A stretch of DNA of 63,707 nt, the filler included, from Lenisia limosa (taxonomy: Eukaryota; Protista; Breviatea), in assembly GCA_001655205.1 (NCBI GenBank). It is 17 parts of 17 records of this genome, joined end to end, with 100 filler letters (N's around TTAATTAATTAA, not from the genome) between each part and the next. Parts side by side here need not be neighbours in the genome. Positions count along the whole stretch, not along the records: positions 23,573 to 27,492 come from LPNZ01008657.1; positions 27,593 to 28,987 come from LPNZ01006874.1; positions 29,088 to 32,307 come from LPNZ01006982.1; positions 32,408 to 36,690 come from LPNZ01001081.1; positions 36,791 to 38,883 come from LPNZ01008878.1; positions 38,984 to 40,785 come from LPNZ01001985.1; 11 more parts are not named here. The stretch is one strand, 5' to 3'. The translations under genes and the position numbers were made by a program. Shown piece after piece: positions 26,279 to 39,967 of the stretch (position 1 is the first letter of the stretch; the number at the start of each line of letters is the position of its first letter). The notes beneath the pieces are model-generated. The model had not been told where the DNA came from, did not search any database, and saw only the letters and a program-made list of their open reading frames with translations.

Positions 26279-29200
26279 GNNNNNNNNNNNNNNNNNNNNN
26301 NNNNNNNNNNNNNNNNNNNNNNNNNNNNNNNNNNNNNNNNNNNNNNNNNNNNNNNNNNNNNNNNNNNNNNNNNNNNNNNNNNNNNNNNNNNNNNNNNNNN
26401 NNNNNNNNNNNNNNNNNNNNNNNNNNNNNNNNNNNNNNNNNNNNNNNNNNNNNNNNNNNNNNNNNNNNNNNNNNNNNNNNNNNNNNNNNNNNNNNNNNNN
26501 NNNNNNNNNNNNNTCAACTATAGAGATGCGCTCACACTTCACCCAACTAACCGGGATGCCTAAGGCGGTGCCATTGTCGGCATTGACAAGCGAAAGAAGA
26601 TCTAACTCCTCTCCTAAAAAAAATTAATTATTTTGTGAATATCCCTAAATCAAAATTAAAGCAGGGTTATACATAGGGGACCTCCCCTAAAACACTATTA
26701 AAGCAAGAGTTGTTTTTTTTTTGGAGGGATCTAAACCACTTGTAACGCAGGACTCAATTGGGGACCTCCCTGAGATCAAAATTAAGCTTTTTAGCGGGTT
26801 AAGATGAGGCGAGACTAAGGGAGTTTATCGAGGATACAGTGATTGGGATAAATCTTGTCCAATTTGCTCAAAAATTTCCTAAGGAAAATCGGTCATGGAT
26901 TATTGGACACTGTATATTAAGGATCTCTCGATATTTCAAAAGATCCAACACAATAGTTCCACCCCCCCCCCCACCTTCAGGAATACTGATTTTGAGTCGG
27001 GTGAGCTCTTTTTTGATATTTTGCTCCGCGATGTCGAATGTCAACCCCACCTAAAAAATGTTATTTTTCTAGGGAGGCACTCTGGATTCACTACGGTTCG
27101 AAACAAGCTGATTTTTCGGATAGACTCTCAAAAACTGTCGATATTATAGAGAGCTTTCAAACCAAAGAAAAGCCTTATGATGTAGGAGAAAGCTGTGTAT
27201 AATGTGTAAGGCAAATGACTGAATAAATACTGGAACTATATACTATATTACATCATATATACTACAAAATAGTTGATATCATATGTATAATCCCTCATTA
27301 ATATCAGATATATTACGCCTGACACGATTGAAAAAAGATAAAGAGCAATAACAGTATTATAACTTCCACGGTTAGTGTGAAGAATATAATACCCATATTA
27401 TTACATATGATATATATTATATATTATATGTAATATATGCTGGGGCGCAGAAATCATGTCCGAAATGCCGAATTCATGTCCGAAATTAAATTNNNNNNNN
27501 NNNNNNNNNNNNNNNNNNNNNNNNNNNNNNNNNNNNTTAATTAATTAANNNNNNNNNNNNNNNNNNNNNNNNNNNNNNNNNNNNNNNNNNNNCCCCCCCC
27601 CCCCCCATGTAATTATTTGTTCTCTAGATTTGATAGAGTGTGTATTTTCTTTTAGCTCTCAAAACCACCAACCACAATGTCCGTTTCTTCACAAACGGGA
27701 AAAAGGTCCTTCTGTTTCCAAAGCAAATTATAGATTTCAGCAAGAACCGACTGCAGAGTCAGAAAATATAATACCGCAATTATGATAATTCTTGGTCAAT
27801 TTTTGTAAAATATCAAATGATTGGCTCCATCATGAAGAACCCCGCAAAAAACTGGCCATAGGGTTTCACCCAGGTACGAAAAATATCGGTAAACTATCGA
27901 AATATGTACATACAGTGACCGGGATAAGCCTTGACCGATTTGCTATATGATTCCCCATTGAAAATCGGTCAAGATATATCGACGATTTATCGAACATACA
28001 GTCACTGTCTAAATCGGAGTGAAGCACTGATGAAAGATGGATATTAAAAATCTCTCTCTCAAAGTGCTTGGGAGGTAGTGCATTGTTATTGTGTAATATC
28101 ATAACATATAATATGATGTAGTACCATATCGGTCCGGTCGTTCGATCCCAGATTTTGAGAGAACCAATCGGTCCTTGATTGGTCTGGTATTTTAGAGAGA
28201 ATGAACAGGTTCTGTCCGGTCCAGAACGACTCAGGACCGGTTCTAGATATATGTACATTATATAGCTATAATATTAGATATTTCAAAAAAGAAACAAGAG
28301 AGCAGAAAAAAAAAAAAAAAAAANNNNNNNNNNNNNNNNNNNNNNNNNNNNNNNNNNNNNNNNNNNNNNNNNNNNNNNNNNNNNNNNNNNNNNNNNNNNN
28401 NNNNNNNNNNNNNNNNNNNNNNNNNNNNNNNNTTCTCAGCTTCAATTTCTTGGATTTGTTTTCTTACAGTTATCATTTTAAAATAGATTTGTATGATGCT
28501 TGTATGAATACTGAATAACATTGAAAGGACTAGTCTGGTCCTGTCTGGGACCGAGGGAAGCACAAAATATGATATATGATATGGATAGCTGCAATGTCTC
28601 ACCCTCAAAGAGCTTGAAAGGTAGTGCAAGCGAGCAATAGAGGCGTAGGAGACGGAGGATACTCCGATGTGGTACTTCATGAGAAGCATTGAACCCAGAG
28701 AGCTGGATGGTCAATAGCAATAGAGCTCTAAAAATGAATTCTCAATATATTCTCGATAATATTATGTGTTATATTAGAGTCACTATAGGTTCTATTTTAT
28801 ATGATGGAAGAGTACTATGGCTGGTATGATTTATGCATTCTCAAAGTTGCAGAATTTTATTTTATCCAATATCAAATCACACAATATGTATAAATACTCC
28901 AATGAGGTACTGCATGGCAAAAAAGACTTCTCGATAAATCCTCGATAACTATTGAAATTTACCTATCTAGAATAGCCCCCCCCCCCCNNNNNNNNNNNNN
29001 NNNNNNNNNNNNNNNNNNNNNNNNNNNNNNNTTAATTAATTAANNNNNNNNNNNNNNNNNNNNNNNNNNNNNNNNNNNNNNNNNNNNGGCGCAGCAACAT
29101 GAGAGGATCAAAAGTTGGTCAGAGTCATAATTCTGTTTCGAAAAAATACGCAATACTTTCAATCAGATTTATTCCTTATCACAATTCTTCTTGGAATTTA

Positions 29201-29459
29201 GGGGTTCATACTTCATCAATGAATTAGCTTTTTACTGCTTCAATTTATGGTTCAGGTAACCTGAATGTTCTTTCGGATTGGATCAAGTCCCACCCGCCCA
29301 AAACAAAAACATACAAACCAGGTATGTGATACAATATTTGGATGTCTTGAATAATATGATATCATTTTATTCATAAATCCCAGTTACTTTTTATTTTTAA
29401 ATGCAAAATAGAAATTCTGGTTAGAGATGCTTATTGTTGGTGCTCTTCAAATTATTATC

Positions 29460-32000
29460 ATTGCTTTCTCACTCCAAAGTATGGGAGAAAACCACTGCTC
29501 GAAAGAAGCCTGAAAGAGCAACCAGCGCGCCCCCTCCAAGAAGCCAAAAAAAGAATGTTGAGGTGAGCTCGATTCTGAGAGGAAACAGAGATAGTGTTTA
29601 CCTGTTTTCCTGGGCATATTCTCATTTTATGTTACAAATACTATCATCGAATGGTGACAATGGATCTCATTTCAACCTATTACATTCATTTACGTTACCC
29701 TAGGAGGAGGAGGATGATTTTGAGTCGGACTCTGAATCTGATTCTTCATTTACACGATTTGTGAAGGAACAAAAAAATGTCGAAAAGGCTCCAGTATGGG
29801 GGGTTTACACTAATACCTTAGCTAACTCGGCTTTTTTTATAATGCATCACTCATGCGTGTAATACTATTCTGTGATGCTTTCTTCATATGGTATGTACGT
29901 ATCCACCTCGGGAGGAAAAGAACGGTAGAGTATCGATATTTATCTGAGATTTATCGAGAAATTCGTTATTTCGGACCGAAATAAAGCCCAAATCATATTA
30001 TACGAGCCTTGGGCATTTTGACGGTTTAGGAGCCCACCCCGCTTGCCTCTGCCCCGAACAAATCTTCCCAGTTCCACCTGACTTCCAGCGGTGGGCCTGG
30101 CGTCGGATAATATCGTTAAATTGTCCATAGATGGAAATGATAAAAGACTATCCTTGAGAGTTAATAAAAAAGAATCGGTCAAGCGTATATTGTTGTAACT
30201 CAGTCTATTCTACTTATGAAACTATTTCAGATGTTATTATGATTCTACTTATGAAACTATTTCAGATGTTATTATGATTGGGTGAATTAATATTATACTC
30301 TAATCCAATATCTCTTATAAGCGTGANNNNNNNNNNNNNNNNNNNNNNNNNNNNNNNNNNNNNNNNNNNNNNNNNNNNNNNNNNNNNNNNNNNNATTCGT
30401 TTGACCCCGCAGATGAAGATTCTGATGAAGAGCCGCCCAAAAGAGGAGCCATTGTCAAGCCTATCCAGCCTCGAGGTGCCATTACACGAGGGAGAGGAAG
30501 AGGTGCTTCGCGCTCTGTACCCCCACGGTTGGTTTTTTTTTTAGTTATTGTACTTTTATGATGATATGATATACTAATAGAATATCAAATGATTATGATA
30601 TGCATATGATATGACCAAAATTAGCCCTGGAATGAAGCCGGTAAGGAGACCTTCGCCCTCGCCTTCAAGGTACATGGTGCTGCTTTTTTTTTTGGAAATT
30701 TTGCTATCCCAATGTGCTTTTAGCCTAGTTTAACCCCAAGATTGAATTTCTTACTACCCCAATATACTTTGAGCCTAGTTTAATCCCTAGATTGTCAAAT
30801 CTATTTTTTCTCACAATATCTCTTTTTTTGTAATATTTGTTAGAAATAACACTTGTCAAATTGTCAGAATATATCCTAGTTGTTAACTATCTATGTAATC
30901 AAAGACCAACACTATGTAGGAAAGAAGAGCCTGTTGTCCGTCAGCGCAAGCCTGGACTTCCTGAGGCCGCCAAAGTTAAAAGAAAAGTGGGGGGGGGGGG
31001 AGNNNNNNNNNNNNNNNNNNNNNNNNNNNNNNNNNNNNNNNNNNNNNNNNNNNNNNNNNNNNNNNNNNNNNNNNNNNNNNNNNNNNNNNNNNNNNNNNNN
31101 NNNNNNNNNNNNNNACCAAAGAGCCGGCTAAACCGAAGAGCCCTCCAACCAAGGAAAGACCAAGTGGCGCCAGAGGTGGCGTGGCAGCGCGCGGAAGATC
31201 CCCAGCACCTCGCCCGAGGTCTCGATTCGACCCCCCGGAGAGAAAACAGCCCCAACAAAGGGTTTGCTATAGGCAAGGGTTATGATGTTGACAGTAGTTT
31301 CCATTTTAATCCTTTTATTGTTAAAGAAACAGCAACATTTTATCTATTGCACGGGGATCCTGAGTGACTGAAGCCCCCTTCATGTTGTAATATGCTACTA
31401 TTATGATGATGGCTTATCATATGAATATTGTTCCATCCCCCTTTTTTTTGGACGGAAGGGAAGCCCTTCAAGGAGCAACCCGTTACTAAACTTCTCATTC
31501 ACCAAACCAGAGCAAAGAGATCCCTCCCGAGGCCCGGCGTAAGCCAAGACCAAAGCCAGTACAGGAACCTTCAAAAGTTGAACCCGTAAAAGAGGACCAG
31601 CCACAAGCCCTGCCTTCCGACCAGGCTGATGGTTCAACCCAGCATCTTGAAGATGACAAACTTGTGCAGACGGTATGGACTTCCGTACCAGTATTTTCGA
31701 TCAAAATTTGTTGAACCTTGTGACCTTTCAGTTCTTATTGTCTTTTGATTAACTTGAAATCACGTTCAAATAACACCCCAGGCTGTGTCTGCCGCAAAGC
31801 CGCCCACTACTGGCCCTCCAAAGCTTCAGATTAAGCCCCAAGGTTGGAAATGGACACCTTTATTCTGTCCGAAGTGAAACATCAGAAAGAGGGTTTAACC
31901 CCTACCACTACCATGTGCTTGCATGATGTACATGGCTTCTGCCAGATACAACCTACTTTTATTTCTCATCTCTTCGTATTAACTGACCCAACAGGTCCCG
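29460..32000 (+). CDS. Hypothetical Pro/Lys/Glu-rich low-complexity multi-exon protein
   Basis: Exons EKTTARKKPERATSAPPPRSQKKNVE | EEEDDFESDSESDSS... | DEDSDEEPPKRGAIVKP... | KEEPVVRQRKPGLPEAAKVKRK | KEPAKPKSPPTKERP..., with GT-AG boundaries. Confidence 0.45.
30206..30278. repeat. 35-bp direct duplication (TTCTACTTATGAAACTATTTCAGATGTTATTATGA)x2
   Basis: Visible tandem copy. Confidence 0.8.
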
Positions 32001-32124
32001 TGATGGACGTTAGTATGGCAATGTCAACTGTTTCACAAGGCCACTTATGTGGGTAGGGGGAAAAAATGCAATATATACATAGTATAAGCTTCATAATAAC
32101 ATTTCTAGGTATTACATTCGTGAG

Positions 32125-32125
<1 letters not shown>

Positions 32126-32170
<45 letters not shown>
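32126..32170. repeat. (GT)n microsatellite
   Basis: Direct observation. Confidence 0.95.
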
Positions 32171-32173
<3 letters not shown>

Positions 32174-32622
32174 GGTCCTTCTTCTCATAACTTAGCATCT
32201 CCCAACTCATTGAATCGGCTTTCTGCATATCGAGCGTTTGCACAACACTTACTCAAGCACAAAAATGCCCATCTCTCAGGAACCCCTCTCCCTCTGTGAG
32301 CTTTGGANNNNNNNNNNNNNNNNNNNNNNNNNNNNNNNNNNNNNNNNNNNNTTAATTAATTAANNNNNNNNNNNNNNNNNNNNNNNNNNNNNNNNNNNNN
32401 NNNNNNNCACTATGCAAACATGGCCGCCGCAGTTCTCTGCAGAACCCTCACAGTCCTCATCACCTTTCCGCCTGCCCGGTGCGCGCGCGCGGGGGGAGTG
32501 TAATTATAATTATAATTATAATTATATTTGATGTACATAGTATATTTACATGTACTATAAATGCATGTAACTTGTATATGATATACTAGTATATTATATA
32601 TATCATTATATATATATATGTA

Positions 32623-33273
32623 TAGTCAAAGCTCCGGACATCATTCAAAATTCCCGGACACATCAAAACTCCCTGACAGCTTGAGTTTTCCATACAAAAT
32701 CACCATAAACCACCCAGAAACCCTATTTCCCTTCTGTTTTTGAAAGTAATCTCAATCTTAATCAAATAATGAAACCCCAATTTAACATATTATCGGGTCA
32801 AAAGCAAATTGTGTCCCTAAGCTCTCTATTTACGATCAAAAAACGGTCAAAAACAAGCAAAAACCGTTATAAAAGGCCACATTCAAGGAATAAATGGCAA
32901 CTATCCGGGAAAGTTTACACCTGTAGACAGTGCTATTTTTTTCAATTTTTCCTCAAAATTCATCATTACATAGCCAAAGTAAAGTGGAACCCGGAACCAA
33001 TTACTCCGAGGGGTACAAATTTTTGTTTCTTAACACTAAAAGAGGGTAAGATTCAGAAAAATATCCTGTGAAAAGGCAAAAGGGGGACCCCGGGAGACCA
33101 AATTCACAGATTTTTGACATTTGCTCAAAATTGAAAAAAGTTAGGGGACATTAGGAGGTCCATTTCTCTATGTATCTGTCGAAGCATTTTTTCAAAAAAC
33201 ACTAGCANNNNNNNNNNCTGTCCGGGAGTTTTGATGTGTCCGGGAATTTTGAATGATGTCCGGAGCTTTTAGG
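32623..33273. mobile_element. Non-autonomous TIR element family F (~650 bp, ~55-bp TIRs)
   Basis: Left AAAGCTCCGGACATCATTCAAAATTCCCGGACACATCAAAACTCCCTGACAG; right CTGTCCGGGAGTTTTGATGTGTCCGGGAATTTTGAATGATGTCCGGAGCTTT. A near-identical right half lies at 40886-41186. TA dinucleotides at the outer ends. Confidence 0.8.
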
Positions 33274-34381
33274 ACCCACATATATAAGAGAAGTAACATC
33301 TTCCCCCGTATATTCATTGTACCCCCCAGACCTCCCCGAAGGACTGCCAAAATCAAGCCGTGTATTCAAGCCAGTTGAGGGAGGCCTTCTTCCTCTTGAT
33401 ACTTCTGTGGCCGACATGTTGATACAGGTATGGCAGTGCTTGTTAATTGGGGCTTCACTTTTTCCGAAAAAGACCGGTAAAATATCGGTAGTTTTGGGGA
33501 TTTTTCGGGAATTCAGTTTGATGTAAGTGAGTAATACGGTAATTGTATAGGTCATATCACTTTTGGGGTCGTTTAAACACGTGGAACTGTCATTTTCCAC
33601 GTAGTGATATGATACACTTGTGGGGTATTTGACCGACAAGTCTCAATGATACTCTGATACACTCGGGATAAAACCTCGTGTAATCTTTGTTCATCATTTC
33701 GACTCGAAAGTCGGTAATATGATCATATCACCTGTGGATATGGGTTAACATATTATATGATATGTGCTTTGTGTGTGTTTATATATGATATGATATATCA
33801 GATTATAAGTATATTTATATACTATACTACATCTATTTTCATAAATTTCCATTTCACCCTCCAGAAAGTGACGCGAATGTACGCCTCGTTCCTCCCCCGC
33901 GACCGGAGTGCTACATCAGGACTTCGAATCGATCTGATGCTTAGCCACTTCTGTATGGGGGGATGGGAGGGCTTCACCACAGACGGCACAATTTGGCCAT
34001 GCTTCGGGATACGGCGCTACAGAAGATGAACATATCACTGGGAGCGGGCTTCACTTCGGTTCGAAAAAGCCTGATAAAATATCGACAGTTTTCGAGTATT
34101 AATCGAGAAATTCAGTCTTTTTTAAAACCTAAGTGAAGCCCTTGATAGGGAATTGTAATTCACCCGGTTCTGAAGCGGACCATCAACTGTGGGTGTTATT
34201 TGCTTTTTTATTCTTTTTTTAAGAGCAATAATATACTACATTAGAAATATTGGGAAACAAATAAATACATAGGGATACCATAAACAAATTACCATACTTC
34301 CGCGCGCTTTTTCAAACTGTATGGGGAGAGGGGCGGCAAATATTTCTCTAAATATTATCTTGCCCCCATGATGGTATATTT

Positions 34382-34518
34382 TAGGGCTCCGTGCAATTAA
34401 TTTTTTGAAGAAATTAATTGACAAAATTAGAAATTAGTATGTCAGAAATTGAGTTTACATCACAATATGGCGCACTTCAAATTTTTCAATTATTTTTTAA
34501 AAAAATTGCACGAAGCCA
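34382..34518. mobile_element. hAT-like MITE family G copy
   Basis: TAGGGCTCCGTGCAATT ... AATTGCACGAAGCCA; flanks GTATATTT / GTATATTC (7/8 TSD). A second copy at 58021-58140 ends GCACGATGCCCTA. Confidence 0.7.
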
Positions 34519-35188
34519 GTATATTCACAATTTTCCATAGTCTTCCCCGAGTACGATTAACATTTAAATTTTGGCTTTTTTTGTTGAACCCTGAGATGTT
34601 GCCACCCCCAGATTTTGGGCTTTTTTTTTCAGAAATTTCCTTCGTTTTACCTCCCCCCCCCCCAGTTTTGACAGTGACCAAGGCNNNNNNNNNNNNNNNN
34701 NNNNNNNNNNNNNNNNNNNNNNNNNNNNNNNNNNNNNNNNNNNNNNNNNNNNNNNNNNNNNNNNNNNNNNNNNNNNNNNNNNNNNNNNNNNNNNNNNNNN
34801 NNNNNNNNNNNNNNNNGTTTGATGGGAGATGGTGATAGTATTTTCAGCTGTATGTTTTGTTGTTAATGTGGAGGGGGGCATTCGCTTCATGTTTTCTGGG
34901 GGATGGGGTCATTTTTCGATATCCGATTATCTCTCTCTCCTCTAAAACAGATGCAATAATGTTGCTTTTGGTCTATATTTTGTGTCATACATAAGTTGTC
35001 GATTTTTACCAAGTAGAGGTTGTGCCTTTTAAAAAAACAGTCGATTGTTACGTTGATGGCTCTTTGTTTTCCATAAATTGTCGAATTATACATAAATTGT
35101 CGGTTTTGACACTGCTGTAGAGTCGGGCCGCAGCATTGACCATCATGCAGCCCCTTCATCTCCACAGGTTGGCTGTGGTTTTTTAACC

Positions 35189-35222
35189 TCTCTCTCCTCT
35201 CTTCTCTCTCTCTCTTCTCTCT

Positions 35223-35269
<47 letters not shown>

Positions 35270-35355
35270 NNNNNNNNNNNNNNNNNNNNNNNNNNNNNNN
35301 NNNNNNNNNNNNNNNNNNNNNNNNNNNNNNNNNNNNNNNNNCTCTCTCTTCTCTC

Positions 35356-35407
<52 letters not shown>

Positions 35408-35486
35408 TCTCTGTCTCTCTCTGTCTCTCTCTGTCTCTCTCTCTCTGTGTCTGTCTCTCTGTCTCTGTCGCTCTCTCTCTCTCTCG
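35189..35486. repeat. (CT)n / (CTGT)n microsatellite with internal gap
   Basis: Direct observation. Confidence 0.95.
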
Positions 35487-36266
35487 TGCTCCCTCTTCCC
35501 CCCAAATTTCCTTCGTTTTACTCGCTCCCCTCCTCCCTCAGCCAACAGAGTTGATTTTGGGCTTTTGTTTTTTTTGTTTCTTAAATTTTTCTATTTTACC
35601 CTCTCCTCCTTAGCCTCTCCCGTTGCTTGCCGTTTTTGGCCTCCGGTTCTGAGGTCGAAATTCTGCTCTCCCTCCGTCGAATCTACACCCAAGAAGGTTT
35701 GGAACGAAAATATACAATCTCGATAAATATGGAAATCTCTATATGATTCATAAATTGCTTCAAAAAAACAATTGCACGCATTCCTAAAAACATCCATAAA
35801 AATTACCCCCAGGACTGCCCGTATGTTCCGTCCGGTCCTTTGTGGCCTCTATCGAGGGCATCCTCACCAGCTTCTTCACCTTCGGCATCCCTCCACTCCC
35901 CCATGGTTGGGGCTACTATATGATACATAAAAAAAAATAGTCTTTATGTTTGGGTATTATATGATAATATAATACATATTAAAAACAATCTTTATGGTTA
36001 GGGGAGGGAAAAAACCTTAAGGAGATTATCTATTCCACCAAATGGGTACCCTGAGCGCGATCAGTCCTGACACGATTGACTAAAGATAAAATTAAATATG
36101 TTTCAGGACTTGTCCCTTAGTTATACACTGAGCGCGTTAAGTCCTGCTAAGTTTGACTAAGAAAATAGCTCAATATCCGTGGCAGGGCTTATCACGGTCA
36201 ATGAAAATACGAGTGTTTTGTCGTTAAGTTGCCATTAAAACCAGGATCATAAAGACCAGCGGTAGG

Positions 36267-36341
36267 TAGGTCTTCACTTCGGTTCAAAAATCGGTCGGGG
36301 ATTTTTCGAGAAGGTCTTTTTTGAACCGAAGTGAAACCATA
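36267..36341. mobile_element. hAT-like MITE family A copy (internally shortened)
   Basis: TAGGTCTTCACTTCGGTTCAAAAA ... TTTTTGAACCGAAGTGAAACCATA; flanks GCGGTAGG / GCTGTAGG (7/8 TSD). Confidence 0.75.
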
Positions 36342-36808
36342 GCTGTAGGACTGAAAGCAGTCCGTGCAGTAAATTGAGAAGTAAACGTTTACATTTGAAG
36401 CAGAACATATTTTAACCAGATCTCAAATGTAGTTTCAAATTTTGTCTATCAATTTCCTCGATAATTAGTTTACTCCCCCACGTCCTCGACAAAACCCGAA
36501 TGTACAATCATGGTATATTACTGTCCCTCCCCCAGGCCACGTCAACGTCTCTCAAACAGCCTACTGCACCTGTCACCGCTGCACGTCGAGTATCAGCTCG
36601 GACCGGACCAATTCTCTCCTTTCCCTCGTCCCCTCCTTCATCGCCCTCAAGGAGGTTTGGTGGTCTCTTCTTTGTTATTTGGGGTAGTAGNNNNNNNNNN
36701 NNNNNNNNNNNNNNNNNNNNNNNNNNNNNNNNNNTTAATTAATTAANNNNNNNNNNNNNNNNNNNNNNNNNNNNNNNNNNNNNNNNNNNNCATTGTATAT
36801 TATGTAAA

Positions 36809-36930
36809 AATAGTATTATATAAGGACTTGGAAGCCACTATATAGTATTATATAAGGACTTGGAAGCCACTATAGTATTATATAAGGACTTGGAAGCCAC
36901 TATAGTATTATATAAGGACTTGGAAGACAC
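36809..36930. repeat. 30-bp minisatellite (TATAGTATTATATAAGGACTTGGAAGCCAC)x4
   Basis: Four head-to-tail units with no unique spacers. Confidence 0.9.
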
Positions 36931-38213
36931 TTTTTTCTTTTAAAAAAAAACTGCTAAAATATCGATGGATTTCAAGGATTTATTGCGCAATATTCAGTCG
37001 TTTTTTTTTTTTTTTTTTTTTTTTNNNNNNNNNNNNNNNNNNNNNNNNNNNNNNNNNNNNNNNNNNNNNNNNNNNNNNNNNNNNNNNNNNNNNNNNNNNN
37101 NNNNNNNNNNNNNNNNNNNNNNNNNNNNNNNNNNNNNNNNNNNNNNNNNATAATAGTATCACTATCTATCGATGATTTCAGCCTTTTTGATGAGCTTCAT
37201 CGGTTCCAAAGAACCGAAAAATTATCGTATTTATAGAATGATTTCAGCCTTTTTTGAGAGCCATAAGTAAGCTCTACATGATATTGATTACATAATCACC
37301 AACTTTGGATGCAGATATGGAAGTCTGACAGGAAATAGTCCGAAATTGGCACGGATGGGAGGGCAATTCGATGGAATCCCACCGCCACTGCTATTGGTGC
37401 TGTCTAAATTCGTAAATATCAGCCGTTTAAATTCTCAAATTTATAATATGTCTAAATTCGTAATTAAGTCAGGTGATATCAGAAACAGTTGTCTTAATCT
37501 ATGTGGTATTAAAAACAGCCCAGTACACTACATCCCCGTCAGGGTCGAAAGTTGATTGAATATTGACACCCCTCACCTCAGGATCGAAATATGGGAAGGA
37601 CACATATTCAGTATTTCCCGAGATATAGAGCTCAGGTGGACTTGCTCCTAGAGTATCAGCTTTGTGTATGGTAACCGTATGTCTTAATTATTTATGTTGT
37701 TTCTTTCACCTGAAAATGATAAAAAGATAAGTCCTCTAAATATTGGTGTTAAAGGAATTGCTAAAAGTATTGGGGTTCAATCGTCCCTTCCCCTCCCTTT
37801 CTCCTTCCCTTTTCTACATTTCAAAAAAAAAACAGGAGAGGGGGGATCAATGGATGAAAAACCAGAAAAAAACACAAAGAAAATTTCGCTATTTGGTCCC
37901 CTCAAATTCAAAACAAAATGAGAATCAAAAACACAAAAAAAAGTATGTATGTGTGGGGTAGTTAATATTAAAAGTAATCACTCTCGTTACATACCATTCT
38001 GGCCAAGAATAAAAGACGTATCGATTCCAAGCTTCGCCTAAATGGTCATTGGATGTGGAAATAAACATAGAATGTATGGGCGACTGTTAAGTCATCACCT
38101 CCAACATTCATCTTCATGAACAGATTTAATACTAAACCCCGGCCTCAATACTCCTCTAGGTCATCCCTACGGTCCCAAAAAAGACCAGATTTCCCGCTTA
38201 ATCTCTCCCCCCA

Positions 38214-38883
38214 CCTTAATAATGCTCTCTGTCTTGTTGAAGGCAATGATGGTGAGGTTCACTGCTTGTGAACGAAGTTCCGTGTCAACGTCGTTGCTAA
38301 ACGTATCGTCGTTTGTCCAGCCGAATGGCTTGCCGTTTTCTGCGGGATGTAAAAAAATAAACTGTGAGAGTGTGTGTTTTTTTTTAACACACAAGGATTG
38401 ATAACAACAACAAAAAAAAAGAGAAAAAAAAGCCCAGGTCAGTCGCTTATGCAGCACCGCATTCCATCTCTCCAACACACAGTCAGATTGGAAAACGGGG
38501 TGAAGTTGGCATATTAAGAATTACTGAGGGGAAAACAAAGACAATCATACCATCAAAAATGAGCACTTTGGGACTTGTCTGCGTGGAGAACGTGTAGTTC
38601 GGGAAGTTACCCCACTATAATGTCAAAACAAGAGGGGGGTGGGGGACTATTAAAGCCTTTTTTAATACAAGTAAAAATAAATGCATAAAAATAAATGCAT
38701 GAGTAAACTATAATAATAAATATGCGGTATGGAAACTTATAATAAAAATATAAAATAGCTATGTATCTAGTAGCAGGATTGGATCTTATCATTGCCATAG
38801 CGAACATGAGTTTTGTCGATGATGGCGAGTTCGTCTTTGGAGCTGTCGATAATCTGGTTACAGTTCTGGCCGAAAACGTAGAG
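38214..38883 (-). CDS. Hypothetical protein, two visible exons
   Basis: LYVFGQNCNQIIDSSKDELAIIDKTHVRYGNDK ... CAG|ENGKPFGWTNDDTFSNDVDTELRSQAVNLTIIAFNKTESIIK|GTGGGG. Confidence 0.4.
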
Positions 38884-39052
38884 NNNNNNNNNNNNNNNNN
38901 NNNNNNNNNNNNNNNNNNNNNNNNNNNTTAATTAATTAANNNNNNNNNNNNNNNNNNNNNNNNNNNNNNNNNNNNNNNNNNNNCATTATTATTACTATTT
39001 TTTTTTTGATTATTATTATTTTTTGATATAAATCTTCCCCTTCACCTCCCAG

Positions 39053-39866
39053 GTCTTCGGAACGCAGTGGGCCGAAACCAAGGTCCTCCCCCGCCTCAGC
39101 AACCTCTATAACCACCAAAACTACCTCTACAGGCAAACAGCCCTCTTTGCTGTGTCCAGAATCGCCCCCGCCCTCACCCCGGATGTGGTATGCAGGGGGA
39201 GGGATTGTTTTTTCTTTTTAAATTAAAAATAACGATATACATTAGAAATCTAGGGAAACATATGGATTCCTTAAACAAATCGCCAAGGGCTTTTGTTTTT
39301 TTATAATTTCCATCGTTTTACGCCCAGGTTGCCAACAGTCTGCTCGCCATCATCCTTCGAATGGCCACCGATGCCGTCCCCAATATCAGGTTCAACGTGT
39401 CTAAGGTGGGGGCTTAGATTATTTCTTTTTTGTTTTCTTTTTGTCTTTTTTTTTTTTTTTTTTTNNNNNNNNNNNNNNNNNNNNNNNNNNNNNNNNNNNN
39501 NNNNNNNNNNNNNNNNNNNNNNNNNNNNNNNNNNNNNNNNNNNNNNNNNNNNNNNNNNNNNNNNNNNNNNNNNNNNNNNNNNNNNNNNNNNNNNNTTATT
39601 TAACAGTATTATTATTTTTTTTTTATTTTATTGTTTTTTTCTTTTTTTTGGGGGAGGGGGTATATCTAAATGTTCTTCGTTTACACACTTCATTTTTACT
39701 CATTCTCCTCTTACCTACTCCCCACCCCCAGGTTCTCGGAGATGTCGGCCAAATGCTCGACGCCGGCATTGTCTCCTCCATGATCCGCCCAACTCTGACC
39801 AGTCTGGCCGAGGACCCCGACAAAGATGTCAAGCATTTTGCCCTCCTGTCGCTCCAGAACCTCTAG
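39053..39866 (+). CDS. PPP2R1A: Protein phosphatase 2A scaffold subunit A (HEAT repeats), C-terminal three exons
   Basis: VFGTQWAETKVLPRLSNLYNHQNYLYRQTALFAV... | VANSLLAIILRMATDAVPNIRFNVSK | VLGDVGQMLD...LAEDPDKDVKHFALLSLQNL* match the last PP2A-A HEAT repeats (NYLhRmT, DpVaNVRFNVaK, DxDxDVkyFA). Confidence 0.85.
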
Positions 39867-39967
39867 GCGAAGCATCCTATTTATTCCTTTTTTCGTGTGT
39901 TTAGGGAGGGACATTGATTCAGTTCTAGTTTCCATGCCCGGACAGACCATCTCAATAAACTAATCAA

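Noticed and set aside
35143-35545. Arg/Glu-repeat ORFs
   Set aside because: Translation of (CT)n repeats across Ns.
36809-36930. Possible CRISPR array (30-bp repeats)
   Set aside because: Units are head-to-tail with no unique spacers, there are no cas genes and the context is eukaryotic. It is a minisatellite.
39125-39140. Apparent GC-AG donor (TACAG|GCAAAC) in PP2A-A
   Set aside because: The frame continues with family-consistent RQTALFAV to a normal GT donor near 39185.
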